Positions 40,301 to 49,491 of a stretch of DNA of 60,601 nt are shown here, in pieces. The position numbers and the translations under genes are program-made. How positions within the stretch are numbered: position 1 is the first letter of the stretch; each line of letters opens with the position of its first letter. The notes beneath the pieces are model-generated. The model made no database searches. It was not told the DNA's origin and saw only the letters and a list, made by a program, of their open reading frames with translations. Origin of the DNA: Minisyncoccia bacterium. Its GTDB lineage: Bacteria > Patescibacteriota > Minisyncoccia > Phycocordibacterales > UBA918. The DNA is taken from positions 1 through 60,601 of the forward strand of contig JBGSPE010000003.1 in assembly GCA_041738755.1 (NCBI GenBank). Direction: 5' to 3'.

Positions 40301-41061
40301 GCACCCGCCTTGGTGTACGCTTCTTCAAGCTTTTGCGCCAAGTCAGCAAGGTTGATGTTTTTGAAGAGTTCGAAAATCGCTTCAGCTCCAATTTTTGCCT
40401 CGAACAAAGTACTGTACTTAATTGAGAACTTGTGGAAGGTTCCTTCGTCGAGTACGACTCCAGCCTTAATGCTGTCGATTTCTTTTTTGATTTCATCCAT
40501 TCGGGTCTTGAGTGCGTCCCGAGCTTCTTCGTTTTGAAGCGTTTTTATCTTGGTCTTGAATTCAGTATCAAGTTCAGCTTGAATTCTTGTTCGATCACCT
40601 TCGCTTACTTTGGTGACAATGTATCCAGCGAAGTAGATAACTTTTTCAACCGAAGAGGCAGTAATACCAAGAATCATGGCGATTCGACTCGGCACACCTC
40701 GAAGGAACCAGATGTGTGAGACAGGTACACAGAGGTCGATATGACCCATTCGTTCCCGTCGTACAATAGCGCGAGTAATTTCTACGCCACACTTTTCACA
40801 CACGATTCCCTTGTATCGAATACCTCGGTATTTCTTACAAGAACACTCGTAGTCTTCAACGGGACCAAAAATTCGTTCGTCGAAGAGACCGTGCTTTTCT
40901 GGACGTTGTGTTCGGTAGTTAATTGTTTCTGGCTTGGTGACTTCGCCGTGAGACCATTCAAGAATGGTCTCAGGAGAAGCTAGCTTTAGGTTTACTCCAG
41001 TGTACGTCACCGGGGCTGGACTGGTTTTTTTGAAAGTTTCAGTAGACATAGGCGAAGACAT
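37384..41061 (-). CDS. rpoC: RNA polymerase beta' subunit
   Basis: NADFDGD, Zn ribbon CSC..CEKC and GKRVDYSGRS. Confidence 0.99.
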   Translation of the reverse strand: MSSPMSTETFKKTSPAPVTYTGVNLKLASPETILEWSHGEVTKPETINYRTQRPEKHGLFDERIFGPVEDYECSCKKYRGIRYKGIVCEKCGVEITRAIVRRERMGHIDLCVPVSHIWFLRGVPSRIAMILGITASSVEKVIYFAGYIVTKVSEGDRTRIQAELDTEFKTKIKTLQNEEARDALKTRMDEIKKEIDSIKAGVVLDEGTFHKFSIKYSTLFEAKIGAEAIFELFKNINLADLAQKLEEAYTKAGAMERAKLDKRLSLIRGMLNAGVRPEWLFLTRIPVVPPAIRPMVALEGGRHASSDLNDLYRRVINRNNRLKKLIDIQAPDVILRNEKRILQEAVDALIDNSIRHGGGAYSVMSQAQRRPLKSLSDYLKSKQGYFRQNLLGKRVDYSGRSVIIIGPELALDQCGLPKHMALELFRPFVVAELLKQELAYNIRGAGRLIEDGVPEVWAILENVIKHKYVLLNRAPTLHRQGIQAFRPVLIEGNAIQVHPLVCRAFNADFDGDQMAVHVPLSDEAQLEAKEIISANNNILKPGSSEPVVSEKLLDMALGAYWMTKIIDGAKGEGKFFASPNDAINAFDYDVIDFRAKVKVLATDTPKYAQYESGIFETSVGRLLFNSVLPSDYPFINDVAVQKTLFQIIIEIIDDRGTQAVPPIVDKLKKFGFKYATKSGVTWGIDEVVVPKEKAAIIEASREEERQIIEHYDEGLLSRDERRRMIIEIWHRAKTEIEKVLPSTLSENGSAYEMWKSGARGSLGQIAQMAGMKGLIVNTRGETLEFPVLSSMKEGMTPIEYFNTTHGSRKGLADTALQTAKAGYLTRRLFVVAQDAIVTEADCKTKSGTTISRVSASGIEIAFSKAIKGRILAEDAVDGKGVVLFKKGHLVSRRDAIAVEGTTCSSVVVRSPMTCKTLRGVCQQCYGIDLTKNKLVDIGEAVGTVAAQAIGEPGTQLTMNTKHAGGAASVGGDVTQGLPRVEEVFEKRQPKIPAVVSKCDGVVTDIRTEGREKVIVVAPDMGAKGAPKKADNIEYGVHYRRVTAVSKGDSVIAGQLLTDGSALLPELFKYGGQEVTQDYIISEVNKIYELQGVTISRKHIELIVKQMMTRMKITHRGDSNFTIGEIVEEWIIVEANNKLKAEGKELAKGDRLILGITETSLSRKSFLSAASFQNTTRVLINAAVKGSSDNLAGLMENVIIGKLIPAGTGFQGSAKYDMIADMQAKQ

Positions 41062-44000
41062 TACGCAGACTCATAATTACGTCGAGGAGCTTCTTCACGG
41101 TCGAGCCTCACATCAAGGGCGAGACCTCGAAGTTGATTCAAGAGCACATTGAAGGCAGCTGGAGTGTGTGGGTGAGTAATTTTCTCTCCCCGTACAATCG
41201 CATCAAAGGCTGCACTTCGTCCAACAATATCGTCAGACTTGATAGTAAGCATTTCTCGGAGGGTGTAAGCGGCTCCATACCCAAGGAGCGCCCAGACTTC
41301 CATTTCTCCAAACCGCTGTCCTCCCACTTGTGCCTTTCCACCGAGTGGCTGTTGGGTAATAAGTGAGTAGGGACCAATTGATCGCATGTGAATCTTGTCC
41401 TCTACCATGTGGTGGAGTTTCAAGATGTACATGTACCCAACTGCTGTTCGCTGTGCAAACGGCTCACCGGTTTGACCATCGCGAAGTTGAATTTTTCCAT
41501 CTTCTGGAAGACCGGCAGCTTTGAGTTCAGCTTTTACGTCAGTTTCTGTTGCTCCCGCAAATGGCGGAACAATCGCTTGGTACTTGAGAGTATTAGCGGC
41601 CATTCCCAAGTGAAGCTCGAGAATCTGTCCAAGGTTCATGCGACTTGGTACTCCAAGTGGAGTAAGAAGCACATCAACTGGTGTTCCATCTTCCGTGTAT
41701 GGCATATCTTCTTCAGGAAGGATTCGTGAGATAACTCCCTTGTTACCGTGACGACCAGCGAGCTTGTCTCCAACTGAGACATTTCGAACTTGTGCGATAG
41801 TGATGTGGATTCGCTTGATAACACCACTTTCAAGTTGGTCACCATTTTCTCGAGAGAAAATCTTTACACCGATGATACGGCCTCGCTTTCCAGCTTCAAG
41901 TCGAAGTGATGTATCTTTTACATCCTTCGCCTTTTCACCGAAGATTGATCGGAGAAGTCGTTCTTCTGGAGTAAGTTGGGTTTCACCTTTCGGTGTTACC
42001 TTTCCAACCAAAATATCTCCCGGTCGTACTTCTGCACCAATGCGGATGATTCCACTTTCGTCGAGGTTTCGGAGCTTGAGCTCTGAAACGTTTGGAATGT
42101 CAGGGGTTGTGACTTCTGGACCAAGCTTGGTGTCGCGGACTGCGACATCGAGCTCATCGAGGTGAATGGTTGAGAACTTACTTTGCTTTACAAGTCGTTC
42201 TGAAATAATAATCGCGTCTTCGTAGTTGGCACCATTCCAACTCATGAAGGCCACCATAGCATTTTGCCCTACGGCAATCTGACCATTGTCTGTTGATGAG
42301 GTGTCAGCCAAGAGGTCGCCTCGCTTGACCTTTTGTCCAAGCGCTACGGCTGGCCTATGGTAGAAGGCTGAGAAGTCGTTCGTTCGTTGGAATGAAGTGA
42401 GGGTATATTCCTTGTTCTTGCCATCTTTATTCTTTACCACCACCCGCTTGGCATCTACTTCAACCACTTCTCCAGCTTCATCGGCATAAATCACTCGACC
42501 AATATCTCGAGCTGACATCGCTTCAACACCGGTAGCTACAATCGGGGCCTCTTGTACGATACAAGGAGTTGCCTGCTTCTGCATGTTTGAACCCATGAGC
42601 GTACGGTTGGCGTCGTCGTGGTTTAAGAATGGAATCATTGAAGTTGCTACAGAGAATGGTTGATTCGTTGCAATATCCATGAACTCAACTTCTTCTCGGT
42701 CTACCGTACGGGGCTCACCTTTTCGGCGGGCTTCGACGAGTTCATTTTTGATCTTACCTTTATCATCAACTTCAATCGCTGCGTGAGCAATCGTGTATCG
42801 TTCTTCTTCGTGAGCGTTAAAGTACACAACCTCATCAGTCACCTTCCCTTTTACTACTTTAATGTACGGCGTTTCAATAATCCCAAATCGGTTGACTCGT
42901 GAGTACATTGAAAGACGAAGAATCAAACCAATGTTTGGTCCTTCTGGTGTGTGAATTGGGCAGAGCCGTCCGTAGTGAGACGGGTGAACGTCACGGACTT
43001 CAAAGCCCGCTCGTTCCCGAGTAAGTCCTCCTGGACCAAGGGCTGAAAGCGTTCGCAAGTGTTCAACCTCGGCAAGGATGTTTTGTTGTTGTGAGAATTG
43101 TGAGAGTTGGTTGGTGGTGAAGAATTCCTTAATCGCAGCCTGGAGCGGACGCGGATTAATGATTTGCATCGGGAGTGATGTTTCAGCTTCAATCGTAGAC
43201 ATTCGGTCTTGGATATTTCGCTTCATTCGGGTCATACCAACGCGAACTCGTTGTTGCAACATTTCACCGAAGTACCGCACGCGACGGAATCCAAGGTGGT
43301 CAATATCGTCAGGCAACGCAGATGCATCATGGTTTGACGTAATGATATGAGTCAAAATGAGCTTCATGTCATCAGTTGAAATAGTTCGTTCGGCTGTTGC
43401 CTTGGCGGTGATTGGGAGATCAAATCGGTTATTGAAGTGATGTCGTCCAATCTCTGAAAGGTCGTATCGCTCTGGAGCAAAAATTGACTTCACGAATTCA
43501 CGAGCGTTATCCACGGTCGCTAAGTCACCGTCACGAAGACGTTTGTAGATTTCAATATATGAATCATCAACGGTCTTGGCTGGATCTTTTGCCAAGGTAG
43601 CCTTGATGTACTCCTCACCTCGAGGGACGCCCTTCATGAGCGTAATCATTTCTTTATCAGTCGCAAGGCCAAGGACGCGCAAGAGTGAGGTGATTGGGAA
43701 CTTCTTCTTTCGGTCAATCTTTACGTAAATAACACCATCAGCTTCAGATTCAATTTCTACCCAGGCTCCACGAGCTGGGATGATTTTGGCACCAAAGAGT
43801 GTCTTTCCTTTAGATTCAGCAGTGGTGAAGAAGATACCGTATGACCGAGCTAGCTGTGGCACAATGACGCGTTCAACACCGTTGATGATGAACGTACCGT
43901 TATTGGTCATCACTGGCACATCAGCCATGAAGATTTCCTGTTCCTTTTCACTATCGAAGGTCTTGTTCTTCAATACAACCGTCGTTCGAAGTGACGCTTC

Positions 44001-44267
44001 ATAGGTTCGCTTGTTTTCCTTGGCAAACTCTGGCGTACATTTTGGCTCACTTAATTCGTACCGCTTGAATTGCAGTTCAAATTTCTTTTCTGAGTAATCA
44101 GTAATCGGTGAAAATTCCTTGAAAATTTCCTTCAACGCTGTCTCGATGAACCACGTATATGATTCTCGCTGTGGTTGAATGAGGTCTGGTAGTGGTACTC
44201 GTGCGGCCGCGCTTTTCTCAAAACGCTTCTGCGGCAAGTGACCGACTGAAACTTCTTTCGTATGCAT
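41061..44267 (-). CDS. rpoB: RNA polymerase beta subunit
   Basis: GDKLAGRHGNKG, GQRFGEMEVWAL and HYGRLCPIHTPEGPNIGL; start set at MHTKE. Confidence 0.99.
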   Translation of the reverse strand: MHTKEVSVGHLPQKRFEKSAAARVPLPDLIQPQRESYTWFIETALKEIFKEFSPITDYSEKKFELQFKRYELSEPKCTPEFAKENKRTYEASLRTTVVLKNKTFDSEKEQEIFMADVPVMTNNGTFIINGVERVIVPQLARSYGIFFTTAESKGKTLFGAKIIPARGAWVEIESEADGVIYVKIDRKKKFPITSLLRVLGLATDKEMITLMKGVPRGEEYIKATLAKDPAKTVDDSYIEIYKRLRDGDLATVDNAREFVKSIFAPERYDLSEIGRHHFNNRFDLPITAKATAERTISTDDMKLILTHIITSNHDASALPDDIDHLGFRRVRYFGEMLQQRVRVGMTRMKRNIQDRMSTIEAETSLPMQIINPRPLQAAIKEFFTTNQLSQFSQQQNILAEVEHLRTLSALGPGGLTRERAGFEVRDVHPSHYGRLCPIHTPEGPNIGLILRLSMYSRVNRFGIIETPYIKVVKGKVTDEVVYFNAHEEERYTIAHAAIEVDDKGKIKNELVEARRKGEPRTVDREEVEFMDIATNQPFSVATSMIPFLNHDDANRTLMGSNMQKQATPCIVQEAPIVATGVEAMSARDIGRVIYADEAGEVVEVDAKRVVVKNKDGKNKEYTLTSFQRTNDFSAFYHRPAVALGQKVKRGDLLADTSSTDNGQIAVGQNAMVAFMSWNGANYEDAIIISERLVKQSKFSTIHLDELDVAVRDTKLGPEVTTPDIPNVSELKLRNLDESGIIRIGAEVRPGDILVGKVTPKGETQLTPEERLLRSIFGEKAKDVKDTSLRLEAGKRGRIIGVKIFSRENGDQLESGVIKRIHITIAQVRNVSVGDKLAGRHGNKGVISRILPEEDMPYTEDGTPVDVLLTPLGVPSRMNLGQILELHLGMAANTLKYQAIVPPFAGATETDVKAELKAAGLPEDGKIQLRDGQTGEPFAQRTAVGYMYILKLHHMVEDKIHMRSIGPYSLITQQPLGGKAQVGGQRFGEMEVWALLGYGAAYTLREMLTIKSDDIVGRSAAFDAIVRGEKITHPHTPAAFNVLLNQLRGLALDVRLDREEAPRRNYESA

Positions 44268-44555
44268 ACTACAAAATATGTTATTCGAGAGACAACATAA
44301 CAAAAAACCCGCTCCGGCGTTTTATTAGTTTGTATCCCTACCCGATAAATAATATTCTCACAACCGTGAAAGGTTACCCCCGCTTTTTATGACATCTCCC
44401 ATCCAAAACTCATCCGAGATCGCATCCCCTGCGTTTGTGCGAGGATTATACAGCAAGCTATAAATTACGCAAGGGTTTAAAGGGTACAATTTGACGAATC
44501 CCTTCAAATTAGTATGGTTAAAAGCAGTCAGTCACGAATTTATCAGGAGTTCATC

Positions 44556-44864
44556 ATGTTCCTTGCCAAAAAAGTAGCGTTTATCGTCGCCCCCTTGGAG
44601 TCATACAAAAACCCTAATCTGCTCCCAAAGCAAACGGTACGCCTTGAAAAAGCTGATTTTCCAGTCCTTTCGGTTGGTTTAACCTATCACCTTACCGTCG
44701 AACCCTATACTTTTGGTGATAATAAATCGACCTATGACTCTGTAGAAATAAAAGTACAGGCAATTACATACCGTGAAGCAGATGGTTGTTATGTCTTAGT
44801 TTGCACTGCCGGCGCCTATTGTTACCCTGGACTTTGTCTCACCTTTGGTGAAGCTGAATTCTAG
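44556..44864 (+). CDS. Hypothetical protein (orphan cassette)
   Basis: SD AGGAG (44545-49) before MFLAKK; downstream hairpin AGACCCCTCA/TGAGGGGTCT. Confidence 0.55.
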   Translation: MFLAKKVAFIVAPLESYKNPNLLPKQTVRLEKADFPVLSVGLTYHLTVEPYTFGDNKSTYDSVEIKVQAITYREADGCYVLVCTAGAYCYPGLCLTFGEAEF

Positions 44865-45001
44865 ATTAGCAGCCCAAGACCCCTCATCTGAGGGGTCTTC
44901 TTGTATTTGTAGCAGCTCGAGCAAGATACATTGATGCAGAAGTTGAAATTTGAGCACGTATTCACTATATTTACATACATCACCGAGAACGGAGGGATAC
45001 C

Positions 45002-45391
45002 ATGTACTTTGATTTCGCATCATTCAAAAAATCACTGCAGGGTTATACTGAGCCTTTATGCAGAACTGTGCACGAAAGTTATCATGAGATTCCAATGGTG
45101 TTGATTGCAACAAGAAAGGGTTGTCATCAGTACTGGGTAAACAATAAACCCAAAAGTATCGGGGGCGTCTTAGGATTCCTTCTTTTTAACATTTTTATGT
45201 TGCTCGTGTTGCTACTCTTCATGTTGTGGTCAGCGTTTCATAATCTTGAAAGAAATGAGCCTGGCTGGCTTATTATGGGATTCTTTCTAGGTCTCTATGC
45301 TCTTTCAATTCCGATAGCACTACTGATACTGGTACTCTTCAATACGAAGTTTGGGTTACCGAACTACCCGCAGACATGGACGATGGACTAG
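45002..45391 (+). CDS. Hypothetical 2-TM membrane protein (orphan cassette)
   Basis: SD GGAGG (44991-95), two hydrophobic helices and a terminator at 45402-45430. Confidence 0.6.
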   Translation: MYFDFASFKKSLQGYTEPLCRTVHESYHEIPMVLIATRKGCHQYWVNNKPKSIGGVLGFLLFNIFMLLVLLLFMLWSAFHNLERNEPGWLIMGFFLGLYALSIPIALLILVLFNTKFGLPNYPQTWTMD

Positions 45392-45432
45392 ACACACAAG
45401 TAAAAGGCCGCACTATTGTGCGGCCTTTTTGC

Positions 45433-46104
45433 TTATCTGCCTCGGTATTTTTCAATCGCTTTATGATCCCCTTCTACTAACACAGCTGGGACAGGGTGGT
45501 CTTTTTTCTTATACACCAACGTCGCTGGTCTGGTGTACGTTTCGCCACTGGTGACTCTATCATCTTCAAGTGAATCATGGGTACCGAGGACACCTTTTAT
45601 GTGTCTGGCGGTTGCATCAATAATAGTTAATGCTGGAAGCTCTCCGCCCGTAAGCACGTAGTCACCAACGCTTACTTCCTCGGCATTCAAAATCTCTTTA
45701 ACCCTAGCATCTATTCCTTCATACCGACCGCTAATTAAAACTAAGTGTTCGTACGTTGCGACGTAGGATTTAGCTAATTCTTGCGTAAAGACTGTTCCGC
45801 GTGGCGACATGATTAAGGTCTTAATCTTTGTTTGATCTTTTTTCCGTCCGACTGCTTTCTCCCAGGCTTTTAAAATTGGTTCGGCTTGCATCACCATTCC
45901 TGGACCACCACCGTATGGACGTGCATCAACACGGTTATGTTTGTCACGGGTGAAGTCGCGCGGATTGTAATATGTCACTTCAATTTTCTTCCCACGAACT
46001 TTGGCCCCTTTCCCCTTCTCTGTTTTCTGAGCCCGTCCAAGTACACTCGCATCAGTATACGCAGCGCAGACTTCCGGAAATAACGTAATAACGTGAAATT
46101 TCAT
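45433..46104 (-). CDS. trmD: tRNA (guanine37-N1)-methyltransferase
   Basis: PYGGGPGM, GRYEGIDAR and SVGDYVLTGGE. Confidence 0.97.
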   Translation of the reverse strand: MKFHVITLFPEVCAAYTDASVLGRAQKTEKGKGAKVRGKKIEVTYYNPRDFTRDKHNRVDARPYGGGPGMVMQAEPILKAWEKAVGRKKDQTKIKTLIMSPRGTVFTQELAKSYVATYEHLVLISGRYEGIDARVKEILNAEEVSVGDYVLTGGELPALTIIDATARHIKGVLGTHDSLEDDRVTSGETYTRPATLVYKKKDHPVPAVLVEGDHKAIEKYRGR

Positions 46105-46107
46105 AAC

Positions 46108-46509
46108 TTAGATATAAATATAGTAGCCGTGTTCCGGTGCCTCTTCAACTTCTCTAAAATACTTTTTCCATTGTTCTAATCTTCTTTCGCCACCAAGGGA
46201 ATCTTCATTATACGGAGATACCCAGAACCGGGTTTCTCCTGTATCTTGCGCGACAGCTTGAATGCAAGTTAAAACGTATTGCATATCGACACCTGGACGT
46301 TTAAAGGCAGGTTTATCAAGTGACGCCTCGTCAGAGTCTCGATCATACGTTGCATATATGAGCTCAGGAGCACCACGATTTTCTTCCTGCAAAGAATTAA
46401 TATTTACCACAACATGCGGAAATATATATTGTGTAATACCTGGCCGCTTAGATATTACTTCGAAGGCTGGAGGTTTCGTATTCTCGCGTGGTAATGATTC
46501 ATTATTCAT
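46108..46509 (-). CDS. Hypothetical protein
   Basis: ORF packed between the NUDIX gene and trmD; start set at MNNES. Confidence 0.6.
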   Translation of the reverse strand: MNNESLPRENTKPPAFEVISKRPGITQYIFPHVVVNINSLQEENRGAPELIYATYDRDSDEASLDKPAFKRPGVDMQYVLTCIQAVAQDTGETRFWVSPYNEDSLGGERRLEQWKKYFREVEEAPEHGYYIYI

Positions 46510-46513
46510 ACAT

Positions 46514-46945
46514 TTACAACTTATTCTTATACCGTTCAAGAAAGAGTGGAAACTGGGAGTGCTGTGGTTCTGGAATTTCATTTACTTTACACCACCTAAT
46601 TTCAGCACATTTTTCAGGCTCCATAATTTGTACTTCCCCACGGTTCACTTGTGCTCGGTAATCAAATGCTAGCCAATGGGTTGGTTTACCATCATGTTCT
46701 CGTAACACTTCTCGTACACCGAGATATTCAAAATTAAATGGTGTTCCTCCTGTTTCCTCAATAACTTCGCGAATGATTGCCGCTTCGATTGATTCGCCAA
46801 ATTTTAATCTCCCACCTCCGAGCGGTTCCCAGGTAAAGTGTTCGTCACGGCATTTATCAGTCCGGAGACTCACCAGATAGTTTCCTTCTCCATCATGAAG
46901 AAACGGAACGACCGCAATACCGATATAATCAACTCCTTTAATCAT
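46514..46945 (-). CDS. NUDIX hydrolase
   Basis: Nudix box GRLKFGESIEAAIIREVIEETG and EPEKC. Confidence 0.9.
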   Translation of the reverse strand: MIKGVDYIGIAVVPFLHDGEGNYLVSLRTDKCRDEHFTWEPLGGGRLKFGESIEAAIIREVIEETGGTPFNFEYLGVREVLREHDGKPTHWLAFDYRAQVNRGEVQIMEPEKCAEIRWCKVNEIPEPQHSQFPLFLERYKNKL

Positions 46946-46959
46946 GGTTGCATGCTAGC

Positions 46960-46997
46960 ACAAAAACAACGGGCGCCGAAGCGCCCGTTGTTTTTGT
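46960..46997 (-). terminator. Terminator after khpA
   Basis: AAAAACAACGGGCGC-CGAA-GCGCCCGTTGTTTTT. Confidence 0.8.
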
Positions 46998-47014
46998 TTC
47001 TTCGACACCTCCTC

Positions 47015-47131
47015 AGGATTTAGGCTGAGGAAAGTTCGAGACGTGCAAAGAATTTTGAGGAAGGCGTACCTAGATGTACGTTGACCGAAAAATTCTGCAG
47101 CACAACAATGAAATTTTCCAGCCTAAATTCT
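47015..47131. repeat. Palindromic element copy C (contains the khpA stop codon)
   Basis: Core CGAGACG..GAAGGCGTAC-loop-GTACG-TTGA..CAACAATG within a long hairpin. Confidence 0.8.
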
Positions 47132-47476
47132 TAGGTCTTCGATGGCTTGGTCGAGGGACTTGGTTTCACTAACCGGATTATCTTCCTTCATCGCTTCTGA
47201 CATTTCACGGCTCATACCCTTCCCTCCTTCTGGTTCATTGATTTTGAGATTCACCCGAGCGTCGTGCTTCATCCCAACCACTCGCAAGAGGGTTCGAATG
47301 GCTTTGGCGGTATTACCTGAGCGACCGATAATCTTCCCCATATCGTCAGCGTGTACATCAAGCGTGAGAAGTACTCCCATTTCGTCTACGGTTCGATTGA
47401 TCTTTACGGTATCTGGGTGGTCAACGAGTGCCTTTACGAGCGTTTCGAGAAATTGCTTATCTTCGTGCATATCCAT
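47123..47476 (-). CDS. khpA: KH-domain RNA-binding protein KhpA (YlqC)
   Basis: LVDHPD.V and DMGKIIGRSGNTAKAIRTLL; follows rpsP. Confidence 0.92.
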   Translation of the reverse strand: MDMHEDKQFLETLVKALVDHPDTVKINRTVDEMGVLLTLDVHADDMGKIIGRSGNTAKAIRTLLRVVGMKHDARVNLKINEPEGGKGMSREMSEAMKEDNPVSETKSLDQAIEDLRI

Positions 47477-47588
47477 ACATCTATATCTTATCTATAACTG
47501 GTAAGCATCCATTACAAGATTGCAACGGGCCTTACATAAAATCATACGAGACTGACTCGTTTGCGTCAACAACAAAAAGTGGAGTAGC

Positions 47589-48017
47589 TTACGCTGCTGG
47601 AGCCTCTTCTTCAGCTGGTGCTTCTGCTGCAACCTCTTCTACGGGAGCTTCTTCTGCTGGAGCCGCTGCTGCCGCTTCCTCGGCTGCCTTAGCTTTTGCT
47701 GCGGCTTCTTCCTCAGCTCGCTTGATAGCTGCTTCGTCAATAATTGGTGACTTCTTAGGCAATACATTCTTCTTCTTTCCTTCAATTACCTTTTGTCCAA
47801 CGAGAATATTGTGGACAGTATCAGATGGTTGTACACCCTTTTCAATCCATTCTTTAGCCTTTGCAGCATCAATTTGAACATGATTCATTTTTGGATTGTA
47901 TGAACCAAGACGATCAATATGCTTGTCGCTCTTTGGTCCTGTTCGTTTGTCGGTCACCACAATTCGAAACGACGGATCGTTTTTGCGGCCAACACGTTGT
48001 AATCGCATCATTAACAT
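47589..48017 (-). CDS. rpsP: 30S ribosomal protein S16 with an Ala/Glu-rich tail
   Basis: RLQRVGRKNDPSFRIVV.D, LGSYNP and GVQPSDTV. Confidence 0.97.
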   Translation of the reverse strand: MLMMRLQRVGRKNDPSFRIVVTDKRTGPKSDKHIDRLGSYNPKMNHVQIDAAKAKEWIEKGVQPSDTVHNILVGQKVIEGKKKNVLPKKSPIIDEAAIKRAEEEAAAKAKAAEEAAAAAPAEEAPVEEVAAEAPAEEEAPAA

Positions 48018-48199
48018 AGTGGGGCTAGCATACCAGATTCAATTAAAACGTCAACCTGCACTCTATTTTATAAGAATGGGCTCCCCGCTAGTCTTTGGAA
48101 GAGCATTTTTAAAATTAGTAGTACGGGTCATGGATATAAAAAAGAAAAGGCGGGACACATGCGTGTCCCGCCTAATGTCTAGTCATACTGATGACTGAC

Positions 48200-49300
48200 T
48201 CAGTGCAAAATATGTTCGAGGTACAACTTCTTTTGGTCTTGACCGCGAACATCAATCGCGAGAAAGGCTTCTTGCGAAACCTTTTCACCACGATTACACA
48301 GAGCAATTACTTCGATTTGTTCACCCGGGAACCATGCAATAATCCGATCCAGGGCGGCAATAATATCGAACGAAAGCTCCTTACCGGCCAGAAAGTTCTC
48401 GACCGACATCTTCCGCCAGCGCCGACCTGAATCAACTGGTACAAAGAACGTACCAATGAGTGCAATCGGCACGTACAAAGCGAGGATGACCGGCAGTGCC
48501 AACGGGGCCGCCAAGGTCCACCTCACAATATTACGGAATTTCTTCAGTGACACTGAAGTTTCAACACCTTTGATCTCAGGACCGCTTGCTTCGTTATTAC
48601 GTTCACGTGAATGACCGAACTTCCGCATATACAAAATCTCAAGACCCTTTTGGGTGGGTACCCACTCGCCCTTTTTCTTCATCATTTTTCCATAGGCTTT
48701 GGCTTTTTCCCGAAGCTCTTCTTCGGAGAGAGTACGGGATGATTTTGATGATCTTTGAGTCGGGGATGTATCCTTTGCTGCTTGCTGAATTGCAATGACA
48801 ACTAACAATACACCAATCCCTATGATGAGATATTGTGCTGGAGTTGCATCCCACCGACCATCAGCGGTTTGTTCAAAGCCAACAAGGAGTGCGTATACTG
48901 CCGGGTAACCAAACAGCCACATAGCGAAGGCGAACACTTTGCCTAAGGCGCCGTGCATGAAGAATTGTTTCAGTCTCCTGAGACTTTCCCGAAAGCTGAT
49001 ACCTGCACGCTCACCAAAGGTCCGTTGCACTTTTGACTTTTGGTAAGCAATTACCTCATGCTCCATGAGTGGGTTGAGGTGCATCGTGCCACAAACTCTC
49101 TCGAGCTCGGTCAAATGGCGCTCTGCTTCGATCTCAGCTTGAATGACAGAGCCTGGCGTCTTGAGCGAAGGAAAAACCAGCTCAAGTCGTTGACAGGCAG
49201 CCAACGCTTCATCTTTGGAGCCATAATAGATGATGGCATCATCAGACAATGTCAGCGAGTCCGGTGCGAACAAGCGATTGATATTTTTTGCGACAGTCAT
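48200..49300 (-). CDS. Hypothetical membrane protein (orphan cassette, about 3 TM)
   Basis: 366-aa ORF, SD AGGAG 6 nt upstream, hairpin at 48148-48173 downstream. Confidence 0.7.
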   Translation of the reverse strand: MTVAKNINRLFAPDSLTLSDDAIIYYGSKDEALAACQRLELVFPSLKTPGSVIQAEIEAERHLTELERVCGTMHLNPLMEHEVIAYQKSKVQRTFGERAGISFRESLRRLKQFFMHGALGKVFAFAMWLFGYPAVYALLVGFEQTADGRWDATPAQYLIIGIGVLLVVIAIQQAAKDTSPTQRSSKSSRTLSEEELREKAKAYGKMMKKKGEWVPTQKGLEILYMRKFGHSRERNNEASGPEIKGVETSVSLKKFRNIVRWTLAAPLALPVILALYVPIALIGTFFVPVDSGRRWRKMSVENFLAGKELSFDIIAALDRIIAWFPGEQIEVIALCNRGEKVSQEAFLAIDVRGQDQKKLYLEHILH

Positions 49301-49491
49301 CCGACTCTCCTATTGAATTAGGTGAAATTGCGATGTGAAAAACAATATTCTTTCTGTCAATGTAAATAACATATTATTGACCATAAGTCAATATATTTGA
49401 ATAATATAAAATCCTCTATTATGTAAAATCACTCCACTTTACATATCATCTATTACATGACGAAGTAGCCTTCAAATGCTATACTCCAGCC

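Noticed and set aside
37400-44392. Many ORFs antisense or out of frame within rpoB/rpoC (likewise within atpA/D, rnr, hisS and smc)
   Set aside because: They are shadow ORFs of long conserved genes, with no motifs or initiation signals.
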